Origin: an uncultured Thermomicrobiales bacterium
GTDB taxonomy: Bacteria > Chloroflexota > Chloroflexia > Thermomicrobiales > UBA6265
NCBI GenBank assembly: GCA_902806405.1
Contig: CADCWL010000247.1
Span: 68,003-132,002 of the forward strand
Direction: 5' to 3'
DNA length: 64,000 nt
Shown here: positions 1 through 8,040 of the stretch, piece by piece
How positions within the stretch are numbered: position 1 is the first letter of the stretch
Layout: each line of letters opens with the position of its first letter
Program-made: the position numbers and the translations under genes
Notes under the pieces: model-generated
Databases searched by the model: none
Told to the model about the DNA's origin: nothing
Seen by the model: the letters and a program-made list of their open reading frames with translations, nothing else

Positions 1-1
1 G

Positions 2-673
2 AAGCGGATGGCGGAGGACCTGGCCGACTACCTGAAGGAGATGGGGGTCCGGACCCAGTACCTCCACTCCGAGATCGAGACGCTCGAGCGGATCGAGATC
101 CTGCGCGACCTCCGCCTCGGCGTCCACGACGTGGTCGTCGGCATCAACCTCCTCCGGGAGGGGCTTGACCTGCCCGAGGTCTCACTGGTCGCGATCCTCG
201 ACGCCGACAAGGAGGGATTCCTCCGCTCGGAAGGGAGCTTGGTCCAGACGATCGGTCGTGCCGCCCGCCACGTCGAGGGGCAGGTGGTGATGTACGCCGA
301 CACCATGACCCGCTCGATGAAGGCCGCGATCGACGAGACCTACCGCCGCCGCGCGATCCAGATCGCCCACAACGAAGCGCACGGGATCGAGCCGCGCGGT
401 ATCGTCAAGGAGATCCGTGACATCACCGAGCGCCTGAAGGCGGTCGCCGAGGAGGGCGCCGAGTACGACGCCGGCGGCACCGGCAACGGCGGCAAGCCGG
501 GCGTGATCGCCGAGATTCCGCGCCACGAGTTGGCGCGGATGGTCAAGGACCTCGAGGGCCAGATGAAGACGGCCGCCAAGGATCTAGAGTTCGAAAAGGC
601 CGCCCTGCTGCGGGACCAGATCGTGGAGCTGCGCCGCATCCTGGAGCTGGAGTCCGACCCGGTGCTGCGCTAG
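2..673 (+). CDS. uvrB: Excinuclease ABC subunit B, C-terminal part (5' end lies outside the window)
   Basis: Frame is open to the window edge ([11 protein letters not shown]...). Helicase C-domain motifs [31 protein letters not shown] and [10 protein letters not shown]-terminal UVR motif [18 protein letters not shown]. Confidence 0.95.
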   Translation, partial: KRMAEDLADYLKEMGVRTQYLHSEIETLERIEILRDLRLGVHDVVVGINLLREGLDLPEVSLVAILDADKEGFLRSEGSLVQTIGRAARHVEGQVVMYADTMTRSMKAAIDETYRRRAIQIAHNEAHGIEPRGIVKEIRDITERLKAVAEEGAEYDAGGTGNGGKPGVIAEIPRHELARMVKDLEGQMKTAAKDLEFEKAALLRDQIVELRRILELESDPVLR

Positions 674-900
674 GGCTCGGGCACATCAACCGTCCGCAGC
701 CCGTTGAAGGTCCGAACCAGCACGACGGCGTTCGCGCCGCCCGGGGTTTTGAATCCCCGGATCCTCCTACGGCGCCTGGTGTGCTGGGCGGGGCTGCGGT
801 CCGTCTGGCAGCTCACCGCACGACCTCAACCCTCCTTGAGGAGGTTTCGTCGATCTAGCCCGGGGTATCGAACCCCGGGCGATGGGGGCCGGAATTTAGG

Positions 901-1401
901 GTGCCGAAGAGCGTGCCACAACCCACCTTCTCGAACGAAATCCCGCTCATCCTCGTCATCCACGGCCCCAACCTCAACCTCCTCGGCACCCGTGAACCCG
1001 CGCTGTACGGCGCGACCACCCTCGCCGAGATCGATGCCTCTCTGCGCGCCATCGCGGCCGACGCGGACCCCCCGGTCCGCGTCGAGACCCGCCAGTCGAA
1101 TCACGAGGGTTTCCTCATCGACGCGGTCCAGGAGCTGGGCCCCGGCGCCGCCGGCATCGTCGTCAACGCCGGCGGCCTGACCCACACCAGCGTCGCCCTC
1201 CGCGACGCCCTGGCCGCCGTCGGAAAGCCGGTGGTCGAAGTCCACCTGACCAACATCCACGCCCGGGAAACGTTCCGGCACCGTTCCTTCGTCGCCCCGA
1301 TCGCCGTCGGCCAGATCGCCGGCCTCGGCGCGGACGGCTACCGCTACGCCCTCCGCTACCTGATCGACCACCACGTTCGTCGGGAGAAACCGCACCCGTG
1401 A
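901..1401 (+). CDS. aroQ: Type II 3-dehydroquinate dehydratase
   Basis: ILVIHGPNLNLLGTREP, RQSNHEG, GGLTHTSVALRDA, VEVHLTNIHARETFRH. Size is typical (166 aa). GTG start. Confidence 0.92.
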   Translation: MPKSVPQPTFSNEIPLILVIHGPNLNLLGTREPALYGATTLAEIDASLRAIAADADPPVRVETRQSNHEGFLIDAVQELGPGAAGIVVNAGGLTHTSVALRDALAAVGKPVVEVHLTNIHARETFRHRSFVAPIAVGQIAGLGADGYRYALRYLIDHHVRREKPHP

Positions 1402-2492
1402 CCGACCCCGCCAACCGACTGAACCGTCTCCGCGCGCTGCTCGCCGAGCGGGACCTCGACGCCGCCCTGATCGTCCACCCCGCGAACCGCTTCTACCTGA
1501 GCGGGTTCACCGCGGACGACCACGGGCCGGACGAGTCGTCGGGCGTCCTGCTGATCGACCGCGCGGGAGCGACGCTGTTGACGAGCCCGACGAACCTGCC
1601 GTGGGCCGAGAGCGAGTCGCGAGTACCCGTCGCCGGCTGGGAACGGCCCTGGGAACGCTTCGTCGGGAAGCGGCTCAGGGACGAGGGTACCGTGCGCGTC
1701 GGCTTCGAGGACGCGGCGCTCACGGTCGCCAGCCACGGCGCCCTGATGACGGCCGCCGGCGGAGAGGTTGCCCTGGTGCCGCTGGGGGACGCGACGCGCA
1801 GCCTCCGCGCCGTCAAGGAGCCGGCGGAGCTGGCGCTGATGGCGGAGGCGATCCGCCTCACCGACGACGTCTTCGTCGCCGCCACGGCGGACCTCCAGCC
1901 CGGCACGAGCGAGCGGGCGCTCGCCTGGCGGATCGAGCGGGAGATGCGAGAGCGCGGCGCCGACGGCCCCGCCTTCCAAACGATCGTCGCCGCGGGTCCC
2001 CACGGCGCGCGCCCCCACCACGCCGCGGGCGACCGCCCGATCGCGGCCGGTGAGCCGATCATTATCGACATGGGCGCCCGCCTCGGGGGTTACGCGGCCG
2101 ACCTGACGCGCACGGTCTGGATCGGCGAGCCGACGCCGCGTCTACGCGCCGTTTACACTGTGGTCGAATCGGCGCAGCGGGCCGCCCTTGGCGCGCTCCG
2201 CGCCGGGCTGACGGGCAAGGCCGCCGACGCCATCGCCCGAGAGGTGATCACCGCCGCGGGTCACGAGCGCGACTTCGGCCACGGCTTGGGGCACGGTCTC
2301 GGCATCGGCGTCCACGAGGCGCCGTCGCTCGGCACAACGTCGGCGGACATCCTCAGCGAGGGACAGGTCGTAACGGTGGAGCCGGGCGTCTATCTCCCCG
2401 GCTGGGGCGGCGTCCGGATCGAGGACGTCGGCGTCATCGAGGCGGACGGCTTCCGCGTCCTGACGGGCGCGCCCAAGACCCCGCCTGACTGA
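1398..2492 (+). CDS. M24 family Xaa-Pro aminopeptidase/dipeptidase
   Basis: Creatinase-like N-domain plus pita-bread metal motifs IIIDMGARLGGYAADLTRT, HGLGHGLGIGVHE, VEPGVY..GGVRIED. GTGA start/stop overlap with aroQ. Confidence 0.88.
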   Translation: MTDPANRLNRLRALLAERDLDAALIVHPANRFYLSGFTADDHGPDESSGVLLIDRAGATLLTSPTNLPWAESESRVPVAGWERPWERFVGKRLRDEGTVRVGFEDAALTVASHGALMTAAGGEVALVPLGDATRSLRAVKEPAELALMAEAIRLTDDVFVAATADLQPGTSERALAWRIEREMRERGADGPAFQTIVAAGPHGARPHHAAGDRPIAAGEPIIIDMGARLGGYAADLTRTVWIGEPTPRLRAVYTVVESAQRAALGALRAGLTGKAADAIAREVITAAGHERDFGHGLGHGLGIGVHEAPSLGTTSADILSEGQVVTVEPGVYLPGWGGVRIEDVGVIEADGFRVLTGAPKTPPD

Positions 2493-2548
2493 GGGCCGGC
2501 GGTCGACGGATAGCATAATGGCCACCACGACAGGAGGCATCGGCAACG

Positions 2549-3109
2549 ATGATCGACACCGGGGACCTGCGAAAGGGTCTGACCCTCGACATGAGCGGCC
2601 GCTTGGTCAAGGTGATCGAGTACGCCCACAACAAGCAGGGGCGCGGATCGGCCCAGATCCGGATGACGCTGCGCGACCTGCGGACGGGCGCGACCACCCA
2701 GCAGACCTTTCAGGCCGGGGCCAGGTTCACCCCGGCCCGGCTCGACCGCCAGCACGTGCAGTACCTCTACGCCGAGGGCGGCCAGTACCACTTCATGGAC
2801 ACCGAGACCTTCGACCAGATCGCCCTGAACGAGCGCTCGGTGGGCGACGCCGCCAAGTACACCAAGGAAAACGACGTCGTCGACCTCCTCACCTACGACG
2901 GCGAGCCGATCGACATCGAGCTGCCGACGGCGGTCAACCTCCGCGTGGCCGACACCGACCCCGGCCTGAAGGGGGACACCGCCAGCGGCGCGACCAAGCC
3001 GGCGACGCTGGAGACGGGCCTGGTCGTCAACGTCCCCCTCTTCGTCAACATCGGCGACACCCTCAAAATCGACACACGGACCGGCGACTACGTCGAGCGG
3101 GTGAGTTAA
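2549..3109 (+). CDS. efp: Translation elongation factor P
   Basis: Full-length EF-P pattern: DLRKGLTL..GRLVKVIEYAHNKQGRGSAQIRMTLRDLRTG and C-terminal OB domains. 186 aa. Confidence 0.95.
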   Translation: MIDTGDLRKGLTLDMSGRLVKVIEYAHNKQGRGSAQIRMTLRDLRTGATTQQTFQAGARFTPARLDRQHVQYLYAEGGQYHFMDTETFDQIALNERSVGDAAKYTKENDVVDLLTYDGEPIDIELPTAVNLRVADTDPGLKGDTASGATKPATLETGLVVNVPLFVNIGDTLKIDTRTGDYVERVS

Positions 3110-3110
3110 C

Positions 3111-3602
3111 GTGGGACCGGAGGGGAGTCCGGCAGCGAACGGGCACGGCGGGTCAACCCCTCCGGCCGCGACCGAAGTCGAGTCGCTGGTCCGCTCGCTG
3201 ATCGGGATGATGGGCGGCGGCGGCATCCACGAACTCGACCTCGCCTTCGGCGCCGTCTCGGTACGGCTCCGCGGCGGCGCGCCCGCGGCGCAACCGGCAG
3301 CGGCAGCGCCGAACACCGCGGCGGCCGCGGCCGCCGCGGTCGATTCGGGCCGGGAGCACATTGTCGCGGCGCCGATGATCGGAACGTTCTACGGCTCGCC
3401 GTCGCCGGGCGAGCCCCCCTTCGTCGAGGTCGGGGACCCGGTCGAGATCGGGCAGACGATCGGCATCATCGAGGCGATGAAGATCATGAACGAGATCGCC
3501 GCCGACCGCGCCGGGATCGTCAGCGGGATCCTGGTCGCGAACGGACAGCCGGTCGAGTACGGTTCCCCCTTGCTCCGCGTCAGCAGTGCCGACGCCGGAT
3601 GA
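3111..3602 (+). CDS. accB: Biotin carboxyl carrier protein of acetyl-CoA carboxylase
   Basis: Ala/Pro-rich linker, then a biotinyl-lipoyl domain with GIIEAMKIMNEI (biotinyl-Lys context). GTG start 1 nt after the efp stop. Confidence 0.9.
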   Translation: MGPEGSPAANGHGGSTPPAATEVESLVRSLIGMMGGGGIHELDLAFGAVSVRLRGGAPAAQPAAAAPNTAAAAAAAVDSGREHIVAAPMIGTFYGSPSPGEPPFVEVGDPVEIGQTIGIIEAMKIMNEIAADRAGIVSGILVANGQPVEYGSPLLRVSSADAG

Positions 3603-4831
3603 GGCCCCAGGTCGTCCCCGTCGGCCTCCTCACCTCCTACCTGCGCGAGGTGCTGGAGCGCGACGAGTTGCTCGCCGATGTCTGGGTCGAGGGTGAGGTC
3701 TCCAACCTCTTCCGCGCCCAGTCCGGGCACGTCTATTTCACCCTCCGTGGGGACGAGGGCCAGCTCAAGTGTGCTCTCTTCCGGACGCAGGCGGTCCGGC
3801 AGCAGGGCTTCCGCCCGGGAGATCAGGTCGCGGCCCACGGCCGGGTCACCATCTACGAGCGGGAAGGCACCCTCCAGCTCTACGTCGACGTCGTCCAGCC
3901 GGCCGGCCTCGGCGTCGCTGCCCTCCAACTTGAGCGGTTGCGCCAGAAGCTGGCAGCCGAAGGGCTTTTCGACGAAGGGCGCAAGCGACCGCTGCCGGTC
4001 GCCCCGCGGACGATCGGTGTCGTCACCTCCCCGGACGGCGCGGTTTGGCACGACATCCAGAACGTGCTCCGCCGCCGCTACCCCTTCGTCGAACTGCTCC
4101 TCTCGCCCACCCTCGTCCAGGGTGACCGCGCCCCCGTGTCGATCGTCGCCGCGATCGAGGCGCTCCAACTCCTGACGCGGGTCGAGGTGATCATCCTTGC
4201 CCGTGGCGGCGGCGCGGCGGAGGACCTGGCGGCGTTCAACGACGAGGCGGTCGTCCGCGCCGTCTTCGCCTGCCGCGTCCCGGTCGTCACCGGCGTCGGC
4301 CACGAGATCGACCGGACACTCGTCGACGACGCCGCCGACCTCCGGGCCCCGACCCCCTCCGCCGCCGCCGAGCTCTGCGTCCCGTCGATCCTGGAGATCG
4401 ACGCCCGAATCGGGGAGGCGCGCGAGCGGTTGGAGCGCGGCGCCTCGCTCGCCGTCGGCGGCCAGCGCCTGCGGCTCGATCACCTCCGGACGCACCTGGG
4501 TCGACTCGACCCCGGCCGCTCCATCGCCCCCCGCCGGGCGCTGGTTCAGGGACTTTCAGAGCGGAACGCCCGCCGCCAGAAGACGACGCTTGAGGCCGCG
4601 CGGGCTGGCCTCGCCCTCCAGACCGGCCTGCTGCGCGCGCTCGATCCCGGCGCCGTCCTCGGCCGCGGGTACGCCGCCCTCTCCCACCCGGTCACAGGCG
4701 CGCCCCTGAGCCGCGTTGTGGAGGCGACCCCCGGCCAGGCCCTCCGCGCCGACCTCGCCGACGGGGCGCTCCTCGGCCGGATCGAGACCGTTGCGCTGGC
4801 GGCCTCCGCCCCGGTGGAGGCGACGGCATGA
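3599..4831 (+). CDS. xseA: Exodeoxyribonuclease VII large subunit
   Basis: OB-fold N-terminus VWVEGEVSNLFRAQSGHVYFTLRGDEGQLKCALF. Core GVVTSPDGAVWHDI, ILARGGGAAEDLAAFNDE, TGVGHEID. ATGA overlap with accB. Confidence 0.9.
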   Translation: MRPQVVPVGLLTSYLREVLERDELLADVWVEGEVSNLFRAQSGHVYFTLRGDEGQLKCALFRTQAVRQQGFRPGDQVAAHGRVTIYEREGTLQLYVDVVQPAGLGVAALQLERLRQKLAAEGLFDEGRKRPLPVAPRTIGVVTSPDGAVWHDIQNVLRRRYPFVELLLSPTLVQGDRAPVSIVAAIEALQLLTRVEVIILARGGGAAEDLAAFNDEAVVRAVFACRVPVVTGVGHEIDRTLVDDAADLRAPTPSAAAELCVPSILEIDARIGEARERLERGASLAVGGQRLRLDHLRTHLGRLDPGRSIAPRRALVQGLSERNARRQKTTLEAARAGLALQTGLLRALDPGAVLGRGYAALSHPVTGAPLSRVVEATPGQALRADLADGALLGRIETVALAASAPVEATA

Positions 4832-5118
4832 GCGACGGCCGCCGGGACCCGGCCCTCTACGCGGCCTGGGAGGGCGCGCTCCGAGACGGCTCCTTCGAGG
4901 AGGTTTTCTCGACCCTCGAGGAGGTCGTGGCCCACCTGGAGGACGGTCGCTTGCCGCTCGCGGAGTCGATCGCCTGCTACGAGCTCGGCGTCCGCCTCGC
5001 CGCACGGTGCGAGCGTTTCCTGGGCGAGGCCGAGCTGCGGGTAACCCGTTTGGAGGAGGTGGCGACGAGCTTCTACGACCCCGGGGAGGCAGGGGAGGAT
5101 GACAATGCGGATGCGTGA
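4828..5118 (+). CDS. xseB: Exodeoxyribonuclease VII small subunit
   Basis: 96-aa helical protein FEEVFSTLEEVVAHLEDGRLPLAESIACYELGVRLAARCE. ATGA overlap with xseA. Confidence 0.85.
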   Translation: MSDGRRDPALYAAWEGALRDGSFEEVFSTLEEVVAHLEDGRLPLAESIACYELGVRLAARCERFLGEAELRVTRLEEVATSFYDPGEAGEDDNADA

Positions 5119-5238
5119 GGCATTGCGGGTTCGACGTGGCCCCTCCATATCGCGGGTGCCCGGACTTGTAAAAACTGGGCAGCACCGAGCGCCCGCCCCG
5201 GCGATCGATCCCTTGCCGCCCAGGTCGTCACCGCCGGC

Positions 5239-6360
5239 GTGTCCGTGATACCGACCGACGCCCCCCTCCCCGTCGGCAAGCTCCCCGCCGGTCTCCTCGG
5301 CCGCCTCCTTGCCCGCGACGCACCGGTCGACCCCACCCTCCTGGTGGGCCCCGGGGTCGGCCGCGACGCAGCGGCGATCGCGATCGGCGGGGCTGTGCTC
5401 GTCGCCAAGACCGACCCGATCACCTTCGCCACCAAAGACGCCGCCACCTACCTGGTCGATGTCAACGCCAACGACCTTGCCTGCCTCGGCGCTACCCCCC
5501 GCTGGCTGCTCGTCACCGCGCTCCTCCCGGAGGGGACGACCGCCGTCGACGTGGATGTGCAATTTGCTGCACTGAACGCCGCCAGTGCCCGGCGCGGCAT
5601 CGCCCTCGTTGGCGGCCATACCGAGATCACGGTTGGGCTCGACCGCGCGATCCTCGTGGGCCAACTCCTCGGTGAGACGACCCCCGAACGCCTGCTCCGC
5701 CCTGGCGGATCCCGCCCCGGCGACCGCCTCCTCTTGACCAAGGCGGTCGCGATCGAGGGAACGGCCCTGCTGGCGACCGAGCGCGAAGCGCACCTCGTCG
5801 CCTCCCTCGGCGCCGACACGGTCGCCCGGGCCGCCCGGCTGCTGCACGATCCGGGCATCTCGGTCGTGCGCGACGCCGAGGCGCTGCTTGCCGCCGGCGG
5901 CGTCCACGCCCTGCACGACCCAACCGAAGGCGGCCTCGCGATGGCCGTCCGAGAGCTCGCGAGCGCGGCCGGCTGCGGCGCCGCGCTCGACCGTGCTGTC
6001 GTCCCCCTCCTCCCCGAGACGGCAGCCATCGCCGCCCTCCTCGGAATCGATCCCCTCGGCATGCTCGCCTCCGGCTGCCTGCTCGCCGCCGCCCCCCCTG
6101 CCGCCGTCCCCGCCCTGCGCGACGCCGGAGCCGCCGCGGGCATCGCCGTGACCGAGATCGGCCGCGTCACCGACGCGGCCGAGGGCTTCGCGTTGCGGAC
6201 GGAGGATGGCATGGCGGAGTTACCACGGTTCGACACGGACGAGGTCAGCCGGGCGCTGATGGCCCCGCCCCGTTCTGGAATCGGGGACCCACGGCCGAGG
6301 GCGGCGCGCGTCGTTGGCTCCCCCAAGGCTTGGGGGACGGAGGGAGACCACCGCCCATGA
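5239..6360 (+). CDS. AIR synthase-related protein (PurM/ThiL/HypE superfamily), function unassigned
   Basis: GVGRDAAAI..VLVAKTDPITF, NDLACLGATPRWLLVTALLP, ALVGGHTEIT, then a C-terminal PurM-like domain HDPTEGGLA. GTG start. Confidence 0.7.
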   Translation: MSVIPTDAPLPVGKLPAGLLGRLLARDAPVDPTLLVGPGVGRDAAAIAIGGAVLVAKTDPITFATKDAATYLVDVNANDLACLGATPRWLLVTALLPEGTTAVDVDVQFAALNAASARRGIALVGGHTEITVGLDRAILVGQLLGETTPERLLRPGGSRPGDRLLLTKAVAIEGTALLATEREAHLVASLGADTVARAARLLHDPGISVVRDAEALLAAGGVHALHDPTEGGLAMAVRELASAAGCGAALDRAVVPLLPETAAIAALLGIDPLGMLASGCLLAAAPPAAVPALRDAGAAAGIAVTEIGRVTDAAEGFALRTEDGMAELPRFDTDEVSRALMAPPRSGIGDPRPRAARVVGSPKAWGTEGDHRP

Positions 6361-7292
6361 CCGCCCTGCTCGTCGCTAGCACGAACGGTCGGATCGGCCT
6401 GCCGGACGCGATGGCCGTCCTCCGCGGCGGCGGGAGCGCCGTCGACGCCGTCGTCGCGGCCATCCGTCCGGTCGAGGCGAACCCGAACGATCACTCGGTC
6501 GGCTACGGCGGCCTGCCGAATCTGGTCGGCGAGGTCGAGCTCGACGCCAGCATCATGGACGGTCGGACCCTGGCGACCGGCGCGGTCGGTGCCCTCCGCG
6601 GTTACCAGGACGCAATCCTCCTCGCGCGGCACGTGATGGAGGAGCTGCCCCACGTCCTGATCGCGGGAGAGGGCGCCCGCCGCCTCGCAAAGGAGGTCGG
6701 CCTGACTCCGGTCGAGCTGCTGACGGACGAGGCGCGCCGCATCTGGCGCCAACGGCTCGACAGTGTGGGGGGGCCGGACCGGGCCGCCTACCTCGACAAG
6801 GTGCGCGATATGGTCGGGCGGATGAGCGACGACCCGGAGTTGGCGGCCGACGCCCATGGCACCGTCAACGTGATCGCACGTGACCGCTCCGGCAACGTCG
6901 CCTGCGGCGTCAGCACCTCCGGCTGGGCATGGAAGTACCCTGGCCGCATGGGCGACTCGCCCATCATCGGCGCCGGCAACTACGCCGACACGCGCGCCGG
7001 TGCCGCCGCCTGCACCGGCCGCGGCGAGATGGCACAGCGCTGCTGCACGGCCCACACCGTCGTCACCGCCCTCCGCGCCGGGCTGCCGCTGGACGCTGCG
7101 CTTCGCGCCGCCGCCGCGGATCTTCACGCCCTCGACGACCCATACCGGGGGGAGGTCAACATCGTCGCCGTTGACCGCGACGGCAACCATCTGGCGGTCT
7201 CGACGGTCCCGGGCAAGACCTACGTCTTCCTGCGCGACGAGGACGACGCCGTGGTCGAAGCGGAGCGGCTCCACATCCCGGCCGAAAGCTGA
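6357..7292 (+). CDS. Ntn-hydrolase of the asparaginase-2 family (glycosylasparaginase / isoaspartyl peptidase-like)
   Basis: HGTVNVIARD (autoprocessing Thr context), GVSTSGWAWKYPGRMGDSPIIGAGNYAD, AACTGRGE. ATGA overlap with the upstream gene, so I place the start at 6357, not 6330. Confidence 0.85.
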   Translation: MTALLVASTNGRIGLPDAMAVLRGGGSAVDAVVAAIRPVEANPNDHSVGYGGLPNLVGEVELDASIMDGRTLATGAVGALRGYQDAILLARHVMEELPHVLIAGEGARRLAKEVGLTPVELLTDEARRIWRQRLDSVGGPDRAAYLDKVRDMVGRMSDDPELAADAHGTVNVIARDRSGNVACGVSTSGWAWKYPGRMGDSPIIGAGNYADTRAGAAACTGRGEMAQRCCTAHTVVTALRAGLPLDAALRAAAADLHALDDPYRGEVNIVAVDRDGNHLAVSTVPGKTYVFLRDEDDAVVEAERLHIPAES

Positions 7293-7300
7293 CCCCGGTC

Positions 7301-7795
7301 ATGCCCCGAATGACCGCCCGCGGCGAGCTGCCCCTCGCCGGCAAGCTGACGGTGCGCGCCGGGAGTCGCAAACTCGTCCTCGCCAAGCGCGCCTGGGAGT
7401 CCGAGCGTCACGTCCTGCTCAAGGCGCTCGTCTTTGGCCTCTACGTCGGGCGCTATCCCGACCTGGCGGTTGAGCGTCGCATCGGCCACCGTTACACGCC
7501 GGATCTGATCGCCCTCGGTCCGGACGACGGCCCCGTCTTTTGGGGTGAGTGCGGCGAGACCGGCCGCGAAAAACTGGCGCACCTCGTTCGGGCCTTCCCC
7601 GCCACCCACCTCGTCCTCGCCAAGCAGGTCGCTTCCCTTGTCCCGTACGAGGCGATGGTTCGGGCGTCCCTGGTGCGGGCGCGGCGAAGGGCCCCGGTCG
7701 AACTCTTGAACCTGCCAGCGAACGCCACCCGCTTCATCGGGGACGACGGCGAGATCACGATCGGCGTCGGCGACGTGGCGCTGGTCCGGTTCTAA
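7301..7795 (+). CDS. Hypothetical protein with a possible degenerate PD-(D/E)xK nuclease-like core
   Basis: High-GC3 ORF 8 nt after the asparaginase stop. The segment HRYTPDLIALGPDDGPVFWGECGETGREK resembles the D...E-x-K core of restriction-endonuclease-fold proteins, but has E-C-G where E-x-K is expected. Confidence 0.55.
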   Translation: MPRMTARGELPLAGKLTVRAGSRKLVLAKRAWESERHVLLKALVFGLYVGRYPDLAVERRIGHRYTPDLIALGPDDGPVFWGECGETGREKLAHLVRAFPATHLVLAKQVASLVPYEAMVRASLVRARRRAPVELLNLPANATRFIGDDGEITIGVGDVALVRF

Positions 7796-8040
7796 GGAGA
7801 GTGGACAACGTCGTTCGCGCCGAGGTCAACGGCCTCGCGGCCACGGACACGGGGGAACGCAGACGCATCTCTCGCGGCCGCACGCTCCCGCGGGGCCGCC
7901 GACACGCGGCCGGACGGCATCGAGTAGAATCGGGACAGGGTTAGGAGGGCGCCCGTGGACCGGCGGCGTCGGTCCGGCCGCCTCCGGGCGAAGGCCGAGA
8001 CCGCTCGGTCGGCCCACGAGGCGATCGACGGGAGTTCCGG

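Noticed and set aside
741-879. Two GC hairpins with tRNA T-arm-like loops: CCGGGG-ttttgaat-CCCCGG at 741-760, and (minus sense) CGGGG-TTCGATA-CCCCG at 859-879
   Set aside because: I looked for a tRNA, a tmRNA 3' end, or an integrase att remnant. No complementary acceptor strand, anticodon arm or CCA context could be built on either strand. They are probably uvrB terminator or aroQ leader hairpins.
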